Assembly: GCF_009914755.1 (NCBI RefSeq) | Contig: NC_060929.1 | Strand: one strand, 5' to 3' | DNA length: 64,000 nt | DNA from: the human T2T-CHM13v2.0 reference genome, Homo sapiens | Part shown: in pieces, positions 52,885-64,000 of the stretch | How positions within the stretch are numbered: the first letter of the stretch is position 1 | Layout: every line of letters starts with the position of its first letter | Position numbers and translations under genes: made by a program | The notes under the pieces: model-generated | The model's database searches: none | Seen by the model: the letters and a program-made list of their open reading frames with translations, nothing else | Told to the model about the DNA's origin: nothing

Positions 52885-53657
52885 TGTGCTAGTGTCCTAT
52901 GGCTGCTATAAAAAAATGCCAAATTGAGTAGCTTAAAACAATGGAAATTTATTGTCTCATAGATCTGGAGTCCAAAATTACAATTCTCACAGTCCAAAAT
53001 CAAGATGTTGGCAGGGTTATGCTGCTCCTGAAACATGTAGGGGAGCCCTTACTTTCCTCTTTCTAGCTTCTGGTGGCTTCCAGCAATCCTTGAAGTTCCT
53101 TGACTTACAGCTGATATGCTCCGATCTGCACACTCCCCATTCCCATTGTCTTCTTTCTTTCTTCCTCTTCTTTCCTTTCTTTTTATTTTTTTGAGACAGG
53201 TTCTGGCTCTGCTCTTCAGGCTGGAGTGCAGTAGCACGATCATGGCTCACTGCAGCCTCAAACTCCTGAGCCCAAGTGATCCTGCCTCCTTAGCCTATTG
53301 AGTTCCTAGGACTATAGGCATGGACCACCATGCCTGGCTAATTTTTTAATTCTTTGTAGAGATTAGGTCTTGCTGCGTTGCCCAGGCTGGTCTCAAATTC
53401 CTGGCCCCAAGCAGTTCTCCGGCCTCAGCCTCTCAAAGCATTAGGTTTACAGGCATGAACCATGGTGCCCAGCCTACATTGTCTTCTTATAAGGACACCA
53501 GTTGTATTGGATTAAGGGCCCATCCTACTCCAATATGACTTTATTGTAATTAATTACATCTACAGAAACCCTATATCCAAGTAAGTTCACATTCTGAGGT
53601 ACTGGAAATTAGGACCTCAATGTATCTTTTGCAGGAGGCACAATTCAACTCATAGCA
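52885..53657 (-). mobile_element. MLT1C LTR split by an AluJ
   Basis: tgtgctagtgtcctatggctgctata...tagcttctggtggc; resumes cttataaggacaccag...cacattctgaggtactgg...cacaattcaactcatagca. Confidence 0.88.
53156..53474 (-). mobile_element. AluJ
   Basis: J diagnostics gatcatggctcactgcagcctcaaactcctg and gttgcccaggctggtctc; TSD cattgtcttctt (53144-53155 and 53477-53488). Confidence 0.93.
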
Positions 53658-55389
53658 ACCATCTTATTTGCTTTCTCATTAATGAATTAAATAAAATCTT
53701 CAGCACATGTTCAGTCTATATTTATACAAGAGTCATATTTTAATGCTTTGGAAATCATACCTTGACTATGTTTGGAGGTATCTGAAGTTAATAAGAAAGT
53801 TGGAATGGGGGCAGGTGTGAGACCAGCCTGAAATTCTCATGGTTATTTGATCTTTGGCCAGAGTGACTGGAGCGAAGGAGGGGGTGTCTCCAGTCCCACT
53901 GCCAGGTTACTTCAGCAGGTGGTGACAGCTATGTCCTTTGGTACTTTCCTCTCTGTAAAACATTTATTGACACAGTGATGTCCCTTAACAACATCACTTT
54001 AGATTTTTACATAAGATTTATGATGGGATATGTTTATGGATTTTTTCTCAGGTAAAATGACCCTTTGGGTTCCAAAGAACCAGGTTTACAAATTGTACTT
54101 ACTTGCCCGTGTCCCCGCCCCTTAATTCTCCAATCCCCACAGTTGGAGGTGCCAATTTCTATTGGCCTCTACCATATACATACCTACACCTGGTCAAGAT
54201 CTTGGCCAAGTGGCTCAGTGGGTTTTCTTACTACTGGTTGGTACTTCTCATGACTGTGAGTTTAGTTTTTAGCCTGCTATTTCAGATTGTTGGGGACATT
54301 AATCTTCGTTCTTTGGATCATGCTCCCAAGGCTCGGTCCACATATTCCCTGCTGCCAGATGTCCTGGATTTTGATTGCTAATACAACGTTCAGCACACAT
54401 TTGATACATAAAACATATTTGAATAAAGAAACAATCAGGTTATGGCTGGCCCAGGGACCGCCAACAATTCACTTGCTTCTGTGGACTCTTAGCTTTTACA
54501 TAGATTTTAAAGAATTGCCAGCTTCTCCTTGGCAGGCTTTTATTACTCACTTGAATTAGTCTAATCTGTCCTCTGAGTTATGGCTCACTCTGACGCCACT
54601 GAACTTCTGAATTGCTGTCTAGTCATAGGCTAACAACTGTCTATATTGATAATCCACTACCTTTGAAATGCGCATCCTCAGGCTTCTCTAAATAGACATT
54701 TTTAAAAAATAAAAAGCTAAGCATCAACATGGACCAAAAGGCCAGTTTTCTTTGTAGACTCAAACACGTTTTGGCAAATTTTTCTCTTTAATGATCTTGC
54801 TTTGCTCAAGTTCAAATATTTTACTCTTTGGTCTGCTTACAAGCTTGATGAGTTACTTAATTAGACCCACATATATTATTATAGACTCTAAGAGATTTAA
54901 TTAAAATGTGTTAATTTGTGAAATCAAATGTGTGTCATTGGTTTCTTAATTTTTCCCAAGTTTAGATGGAGTGAAAAAGTGGTACTTATCATAACTTTCG
55001 GCCTATTATAGAGATTCTATACATAATAGCAATTAAAATCTCTGTTGATTAAATAACATCTTAATCTTTGGGTTAGGATATTACTGTTGGGAATGTAATA
55101 CAGTAATTATTTTGTGGGTTTTGACAGATTAAATATTTACAAAATTATAATTTAGTGTGGGAATATGTCCGATAGTTGTTAACATGTCAAAACATGTTGA
55201 GCAGATCTTACAACCTGTTTGTTAGTGTTAAAATCCAATTAATACATACATTAACTTTATAAATACATTGTTACTCAATGCACAATCAAATGCAGGACTG
55301 CAATAGTTTTTCAGATAGTTGACATCTAATGAATTATGGTTTCTAGGTAATTACAGTATCTAGTCGACTGTAACTTTAATCTGTAATAA

Positions 55390-55680
55390 CAACAGCTTCT
55401 GTTATTCAATTATTACTATTACCACATAGTAATTCGACAAACATCATGCTAAGTGCTCTACATATATTATCTCATTTAATCTTTGGCACAAACTTGGAAT
55501 GGAGGTGCACTTCTAATATCTGTTTTATAGTTTAGAAAACTGAAGTTTGGTGAAATTAACTTACTTATCCAAGCAACTTACTAGCTGCCATGTAGAAGGT
55601 TAGAAGCAGAGCCAGGACTTGAATCCAGATCTATCTGATACCAAAGCTCACACTTTTACCTACTACTCATTACTGCCTTT
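55390..55680 (-). mobile_element. MIR
   Basis: atgctaagtgctctacatatattatctcatttaatc...gaaaactgaag...gcagagccaggacttgaatccagatctatctga. Confidence 0.8.
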
Positions 55681-56015
55681 TCCAGAAAATAATTACTGAT
55701 ATATATTGTTATGGCTTGTTTCATGTTTATAGCTCATTCACATAACTTCATTATGCTCTGTTTTGTTTCTTTGCCAAACTGAGTCATGATTACTTTGAAT
55801 ATCTTAGTGAAAGACATTAAAAGTTTTGATAATTAAAAACATGCATTTTTATGCATGTTTACCATTGTGGCTTTTAAAAAGACACATACGGAAATATAGG
55901 GATAAGAGGTAGAGACAAGGAAATGAGTATATTTTGGACATCTACTCTATTCTAGATACTGAACTAGATACTTTACATATTAAATCCTTATAATGGCTCT
56001 GTGTTATTAAATAGT

Positions 56016-56120
56016 ACAGGTTTGCAATCTTCAATATCTTTTTCAAAATCCTTCAAGCCAGGTGTCTTTCAGAACTTAGAATTTTTTTAATTATAGGAAG
56101 GTACTACAGTATGCATATAG
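56016..56120. mobile_element. Tigger-derived MITE end (MER46-like), tentative
   Basis: TA followed by caggtttgcaatc...aaaatccttcaagccaggtgtctttcagaacttagaatttt. Confidence 0.35.
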
Positions 56121-56247
56121 TGGGATCTTACTATATGGAACTTAAGTTTACTGAACTCTGGTTATAACATGAGAGATATATACAGGTTGGGTTTTCTAGA
56201 CTTGGTATTTGATATACTACATGAGAAATAATCTGCAGAATTCTATT

Positions 56248-56536
56248 GTTTTTTTTTTTAGATGAGTCTCGGTCTGTTGCCCAGGCTGGAGGGCAGTGTC
56301 GTGATCTTGGCTCACTGCAACTCCTGCCCCGCGGGTTCAAGAAGTCCTCTGCCTTAGCCTCCCGAGTATCTGGGACTACAGGTGCCCACCACTGTGCCGG
56401 CCAATTTTTTGTATTTTTAGTAAAGACAGGGTTTCACCATCTTGGCCAGGGTGGTCTGGAACTCCTGACCTCGTGATCCACCTACCTCGGCCTCTGAATG
56501 TGCTGGGATTACAGGCGTGCGCCTCGGTGCCTGGCC
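56248..56536 (-). mobile_element. AluS (Sg/Sc-like)
   Basis: Full body with gacctcgtgatcc; perfect TSD cagaattctatt (56236-56247 and 56537-56548). Confidence 0.95.
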
Positions 56537-57307
56537 CAGAATTCTATTTTTAAACATAAAACTTTGAATAATACCTGGATTCTTCTCTGCACTTTTTCTG
56601 TAAATCCAGATCTCTCACCAGGCAGATGGATGCTTTGGGCAGACTAGGATAAAAGTCAAGCACACAGAAAGGCACAAGACAAAAGCACATTCATAACTTT
56701 GAAAATACTACCCTCATTTGTAATAGACTAGATCTACCCCCAAGCAAGTTCCATTCTGTTTGTGGATATGAAAACATAAACCCTCTAAAATATATCTAAA
56801 ACCTTACTAGAGGTTAAGTACTACATTAGGAATTTAAGGGAGGAGAGATATGTCACTATTGCCTGTATATGTTATAAAAACGGTGTATCTTCAATGCATA
56901 TGCTTATATATTCATTTCTAATTTTTATTTGCACCTATGACAATGGATCTCTAAATGTCATATATACTTTAGCAGATAATCATTATTTTTTAAATCAGAC
57001 AGCATAGCAGCAAAATTGCAGATAATTACGAAAGAAATTCTCACCACGCTATCAAAAATGCCACTTAAATGTTTTCATATTTGACTCCATATCCTATCTT
57101 ACATGCTTACGTATTATTACAGAGTAGCAATCAATACCACACATGTCATTTTAAAGGCTATGTTTGAAAATTTATCTTAGAATTTTTTCATATGTTATGA
57201 TAATTGTCATTTTAGAATAATTTGAAAGATTCAAAATTGTATAGAGGTGGAAATGTAAATGATTCAAATCCCACCATTCAGTGAAGTCAGTGATGACATT
57301 TTAGTGA

Positions 57308-57704
<397 letters not shown>

Positions 57705-57823
57705 CACGAAAGCTTCTTTTTAATGATTTATAGCATTCCATTTATATATATATTTATTATTTATATATATAATATGTATACAAGTAGTGTCTTTTCATTT
57801 CCATATAGCTGGACATTTAGGTG

Positions 57824-58123
<300 letters not shown>

Positions 58124-59094
58124 TAGGTGTTTTTGAAGTGTTGCTTTCTTCCTTCAGGTTTGATGAAAGTAGAACTTAAAATTAAAGTGAGTAGAAAATT
58201 TTGAAGCTCTTAATACATCTTGTTAAATTTTACACAAGAGCGTTTGTGCTGGCTTATCCTTGCCTTGGTGTTTTTAGAATGCATATTTCCCTGTGCCCTT
58301 CTGAACAGGGACACTATCAGTTTTTATTTTAAAATATTGTCAGTTTAATAATGGAAAATTATATTGTATTTAAGCTTTTTTCTTTGATTACTGTAGTGTT
58401 TGAACATGTCTTCAGGAATTCGTAGACCATTATTATTTCTTCTTTATAAATTGATTCTTCATGTCTTTTGCCTATTTTTATATTGAGAGTGTTTGCTCTT
58501 TTAAATGTTAAGGTTAACGTTTTATCTTCCATAACTGATATGAATATTTTTTCTAATGTGTCCTTAATTTTATTTATGGTATTTTTTACATATAGCCATT
58601 TTTAATGTCTATGTCAGAATAATAGTTTTATCATTTGTTTTTATTTTTTAAGAGACACTCCTAATTCTTAATTTAGGTATTTATTCTTTTGTATTTTCCT
58701 TCCACTTTGTGTCTTTGTGTGTACGTGTGTTTATTTGTTCATGCTTTTTGTCTCCGAGATATGTTTTGGTTATTTACGAGATAGGGATGCAGCTTACTTT
58801 TTTTTTTCTCAAAAAGTTAGAAAATCCTTCTAGCATTTTGCTGGATCAATCTTTTGCTAAGGGATGAAAATTCTAGCTTTAACATACATAATTATAGAAT
58901 CTCTTTTTGGGCTTTTAGTTGTCTTTCTTTGGTCTGTTCATCAATCCTTGGAGTAGTACAACATTCTAATATTTTAAATCTTTATAATGAGATTCAATAT
59001 CTGGTAGAGCATGACTTTCCTTGGTACTTTGCTCATTCAGTTTCCTTGGCAATCACTTACTGTTTATTTCTTCCAATTAAATGTAGACTCCTCT

Positions 59095-61200
59095 CCTTTT
59101 TAAACTTTTATTTTGAAATAATTTTAAACCTGCAGAAAATTTACCAGAATAGCACAAACAACTCCTGCATACCCTTTACCCAGATTAACCTTATTAAACA
59201 TTTGCCATATTTGCTTTATCATCCATGTGTATATATTATTATTTATTTTTTATGGGAGAAAATTACCAGATTAATTTTTAATATTTTTTCATTTGTAAGT
59301 AGTTTGTATATACCACTTCCCTTAATGTTTCAATGTTTACATGCTAAGAATAAAGCTATTCTCTTATACAATCTTAGTAAATTTATCAACCTCAGGAAAC
59401 GTCGTAGTGGATTTTCATGTATTTTTATGTAATCTACAGTCCATATTCTACTTTTCTTCCAGTTTGCTCAATATTGTCCCAGTAATGTTCTTTGTCACAT
59501 TTTTTCCTTGTGTACAGGATCTTGTCCAAGAGCAGTTTATTTTTCCTGTTTTTTATTTTAGTGTCTTAGTTTAGAACAGCCCTCAACCTTTCTTTATCTT
59601 TCATGCTATGACGTTTTTGACTAATACAGGGTGGTTACTTTCTATAGCGTTTTGCACTTTGGGTTTGAAAATGCTTCCTCGTAGGGAAGTTCAGGTTATG
59701 CATTTCCAGTCAGAATACCATGTAAGCGATGCTATGTTCTTTCCTGGCATCACATCTGAAGGCATGTCGTGACCATCTCCCCTTCGTAGATATTGCTAAT
59801 TGTGACACTAGTCAGGGGCTTGGCCATTTTTCTCCAGTGAATGTTTAGTACTTTCCACCCTGCAGCTAAGAAGCAGTGTGTGAGGAGATACTTCGAGAAC
59901 ATTATCTAGCCTGAATCTACCTTCACTTGGTTGCAAAATGGTGTTTTTCTAACTCCTCTGTACCTTCCACATTCATTAGGTTCTCTAAAGTAAGGAAAAG
60001 GCCTCCCTTTCTTCTTTCTTATTAATATATCCATTTATATTCAGTATGGATCCATGGATTCTTTTTTATTCAATAGGTTAAAATACCTTAGTGATCTGAA
60101 TTATTTTGCTGCTAAATTTATTCCACACTTGGCCAGTAGGAGCCCCTTGAAGGTGATTCTTCTGTCCTTTTTATACATCTTCATTATCTTTTGAGCATTT
60201 ATTCCCTTGCTTTCTGGCACGAGATGTTCCAGCTCCAGAAGCATATATATGTATATATTTATACTTCAAGAAGCCCTGGTTCTATTTACTGGGGAATAGT
60301 ATTTACTAGCTAAGTATTAGGTGGCTCATTATTACTGGGGTGTTTTTTCTTGTAAGCCTGTTTACCAGACAGAAAAAGGGTGCATATATACATATATATG
60401 TATGCATGTGTGTGTGTGTATATATATGTATATGTATATGTATACCCTTTTATTTATATGCTTTTATATATATCCTTACCACTTTTGTAACGAATGAATG
60501 ATATATGAATGACGTGTATAATATGTATATATGATGTATGATATTCATATATCATTCATTCTTTCCAAAACCAATGCAGTCCCAATGAACACACAAACAC
60601 ACACACACACACACACAGTGCACTGCATTGGTTTTGGAATGAATGAATGAAATTATATATATAATATATGTAATTATATGTCTATCATCCACATATATTT
60701 TATATATATATATATATCATCCATATATCATTCATTCATTTCAAAACTGATGCAGTTCCAATGATTTCTTACTTACCTCATAAATCACTGATGTCTTAAA
60801 ATACAATAACCTGACCTTTAAAACAAAACAGAAAACTTATGATTCTTTCAAATTTCACAATTTCAATCTCCCTTCTTTCACAGTGAGAACCCTGATCCCA
60901 ACATCAGCACATTTACTCATTTGCTCAATTCTGCAATACACATGTAATAGGCTCAGAACAATACCTCGGTAAAAACAAAACAAAGCAAGAAAACAAAAGC
61001 AAAACAAGCCTTCTTTTAAAAAGTTCAAGATTTCATTTCAATTTTTTTTCCACTAGACTGAAGATATTCAAAGTATTGTGTTTAAAAGTGGGTTTGTTTC
61101 GCTCCCTTCAGTGTTGTTAGTCATTTTAAATGCAGTTAGGTTTGTTTCTGTTTGCATTTAGTTTTACATTTTGTTCCCATTCTTGCTGATTTAATTTAAA
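59095..61200 (-). mobile_element. L1MC-like (MC4/MC5) 3' UTR, containing the repeat complex at 60380-60770
   Basis: tttaaacttttattttgaaataatttt...ccctttacccagatt...catttgccatatttgcttt...ttggccagtaggagcccctt...tttctggcacgagatgttcc...aagccctggttc. Confidence 0.75.
60483..60764. repeat. Four copies of a 28-46-bp unit in alternating orientation, separated by (TA)/(CA) tracts
   Basis: Units at 60483-60510 (-), 60543-60588 (+), 60622-60650 (-) and 60722-60764 (+); core tcattcattc(t/a)tt(c/t)caaaac(ca/tg)atgcagt. Confidence 0.9.
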
Positions 61201-63110
61201 TAATTTAATTGTTTTGGCATACATAGAATATTAACAAGATTCCAAAAGTCAAAATTATACCAAAAAAGTATTGAAAGGTTGTCCCATCCCTTATCTTTTC
61301 CAACCTGTAGCCCTGCTCCACCCCTTTATAGATAACAAATTTTGTTTGTTTCTGATTTACTCTTTCTGTATTTCTTTTTTTACAAAAACTAGCAGATACA
61401 CATATGTTTTCTTACTTTCTCTTGTTTCTTACACAAAGATAGCATGTTGTATGTACTGTCTTGTAATTTGCCGTGTTTACTTAAATGTAACTTGGAACTC
61501 ACTCTCCATGCACTTCATGGAGATCTTCCTTATTCTTCTTTGTAGTTGCTGGGTTCCTCATTTGTGTATGTACCATAGCTTGTTCAACTAATCACCTCTG
61601 TTTGGGCATTTAAGAGAATTGTCAATACTTTGCAATTGTCTATGATGTTGCAATAAATGACCTTGTGCATATACATTTTTGTATGTTTGTGTTGGAGGTA
61701 TACATTTGTGTATATTCCTTGATATGTGATTGCTGGATCAAACAAGGAAGCATACGGAGTTTGTTACTCATGTGCATATTCTCTTCTGTTGGGGTTTTAC
61801 CTTTGAGTTCCCACCAGCAACATACGAGGGTGCCTATTTTTCAATAGCCTCACCAATAAAGTAAATCATTATGCTTTTGAATGTGGCCAACTAATGGTTG
61901 GGAAATTTGCATTTCTCTTAATGTAAGTGAAATTGAACATCTTTTTATATGTTTAAAAACCATCTAAAAATATCTTTGTAAAGTGTCTTGCCTGCTTTTC
62001 TGTATTGTTTCCCTCAATACAAAAATGTTGCTTATATATTTGAGATGACGCTGCAAATATCTTCTTCTTATTTTTCATTTGTGTTCCAGCTTTGTTTATA
62101 TAGTGTTTTCCCCATGCAAAAGTTTTTTTTATTTATTATTTTTATGTAGGCAAATGCATCAATTTTTTAAAATTGCAACTGAATTGTAAATCATAGATAA
62201 AAACTTTTATGTTTACCTAGGTTATAGAGGAATTCATTCATGTTTTCCTCTAGCTTGTATAGTTTCATTTTTTTTACATTTATTCAAGTTTTCTAATTTT
62301 TCCTACAATATTTCTATGTATTTGTTTTAAGGAGATTGCTAAACATTTTATCATTTTAATTATTATAGTTAGAAGACTTTATCCATTAACTTTTCTTATT
62401 AGTTATTTCTGATATGTAAGAAATTCAATGATTTTATGTAATTATTGAGAAACATTTACTATATTACTCTGAAATAGTCTCTAGTTCAGTAACATTTCAA
62501 AAATGGAAATGTTTTTCTAAGAATGAATCATATTGTCTTATTTTATAGTTTTTATATATTTTCTTCACTTATTGCATTAGCAATTATATAATTATATGGC
62601 TTTTATTGTATTACATTTAAAAAAGAACCATCATCTCCTCTTTTGACATTCATATTGACATTTAAATTAATGTTAAAGTCAGATGCAGTGGCTCACTCCT
62701 GTAATCCCAGCACTTTGGGAGGCCGAGACTGGAGGATTGCTTGAGCCCAGGAGTTGAAGACCAGCCTGGGCACCGTAGGGAGACTCCATCTCTACAAAAA
62801 ATAAAATAATTATCTGGGCATGGTGGTGAGCACCTGTGGTTCTAGCTACTCAGGAGGCTGAGGTGGGAGGATTGCTTGAGCCTAGGAGGTCAAGGCTGCA
62901 GTGAACCATAATTGCACCACTGCAATCCTGAGCAACACGGTGAGACCCTGTCTTAGTAAATGAATGAATCAATGAATGACTAGATAAATAGATAAATAAA
63001 TTAATAAATAAATGTTAAGATCCTATTTGTGATAGTGGAAAATTCTCATTTTTTTTCTAACTTTAATGGGAGTGTCTTTAGTACTCCATCATTAAGGATA
63101 CAAATATCCG
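61200..63110 (-). mobile_element. Old L1 ORF2 3' region, interrupted by an AluJ
   Basis: tgtatgtaccatagcttgttcaac...tgggcatttaa...tcccaccagcaacatacgagggtgcctatttt...tttgcatttctcttaatgtaagtgaaattgaacatc...ctttaatgggagtgtcttta. Confidence 0.7.
62677..63005 (+). mobile_element. AluJ
   Basis: ggaggattgcttgagcccaggag and ggtcaaggctgcagtga; tail decayed to (TGAA)/(TAAA); TSD aaat(t/a)aatgttaa. Confidence 0.93.
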
Positions 63111-64000
63111 CTAGTGTCTGTTAAAATTAAGTTTTATAACTACACTATCCCATATTATGTCCCACTATGAACATGTATATATTTTAAAAAGTACAGCATG
63201 TGTTTAGAAACAGAGATAGATATGATTAACAAACATACACAAATATATGGGGTTAACAGAGATATTGGATATTTATTTTTATGAAGATACATGCCACACT
63301 TTTATATTGCAGACTTATGTACACGTGTATTGGTAAATTGTTTTTAATAGGGGATTAAGACCATAGAATAAAATGGTACTCCTTCATCCAGCCATCATTT
63401 ATCCATCTCTGCATCATCCCTCTATCTATCCAGTTGATAAATATCTCCCATTTACCTAATAAGTGTTGAGCACTGAGCTAGGTTATCAGAAACAAACACC
63501 TCCTAAAACTTTTTAACTTCTGGAAGGCTAAAATGTGCGTAATTTTGTCTTTCATAGCAAATTTCCTTTTTTATGGACCTACTTCAGCATTCATACACAG
63601 GCACTTCTTTTCTTCACCAAAGCATTGAGGGCAATTTCTCAAATAGTAACAAATAAATAGGAAACTTAAATCTTAGCAGTTGACACTGCATAATTTTTCC
63701 CGGATTTTCATCAAATTTTAACCATGTAATTTTATTTACCTATAATTCAAGAGATTCATTGTCTTTTTAATAGGAAAAAATCTGTCAGTCAGGGAAATTC
63801 ATAATGTCCATAGAGAGACGTTAAATTTGTCATTGTAAAGACAAAATTAACTATATATTAATCTATCATCTGTTTCCCTAGCTCAATCTAATTTGACATA
63901 TTTAATGAAAATCACTGATGGCTTCTAGTATAATAAACTGATCTTTAAAACAAAACATAGAAATTCTAATACTCACATATTTCACATTGAAAGAGTGATG

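Noticed and set aside
58854-59432. 192-aa hydrophobic ORF
   Set aside because: Lies antisense across old L1 fragments; hydrophobicity reflects T-richness.
60483-60764. Repeat-spacer pattern superficially like CRISPR
   Set aside because: Units alternate in orientation, spacers are microsatellites, the host is a primate and there are no cas genes.

Overview
This is AT-rich, CpG-depleted primate (most likely human) nuclear DNA, either intergenic or intronic. I found no credible protein-coding exon, RNA gene, CpG island or CRISPR-type system. The listed ORFs are explained by Alu, MIR, L1, LTR or microsatellite sequence, or by chance. The window is a mosaic of mobile elements: 12 Alus (J, S, Y), many MIR and L2 relics, old L1M fragments (including a ~6 kb block near 57-63 kb), MaLR/ERVL LTRs (MLT1, MLT2, LTR16, MER74-like), a complete HERV-K(HML-6) LTR3 solo LTR with a perfect 6-bp TSD, and DNA-transposon MITEs (MARNA, MER44A, MER20, MER58B, MER5, MER115). 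Family names come from my recollection of consensus sequences, not from a database run. Structures the repeat annotation does not explain: (1) a 53-bp near-perfect inverted repeat at 19359-19498 with a mosaic loop, flanked by NF-kB-type sites; (2) a four-copy alternating-orientation (-,+,-,+) repeat at 60483-60764; (3) a ~53-bp micro-inversion and a fold-back inside one MLT1A LTR; (4) a perfect 20-bp T-box-like palindrome; (5) a tail-less Alu with no TSD. I cannot support a claim of a new biological system. These are the best leads.
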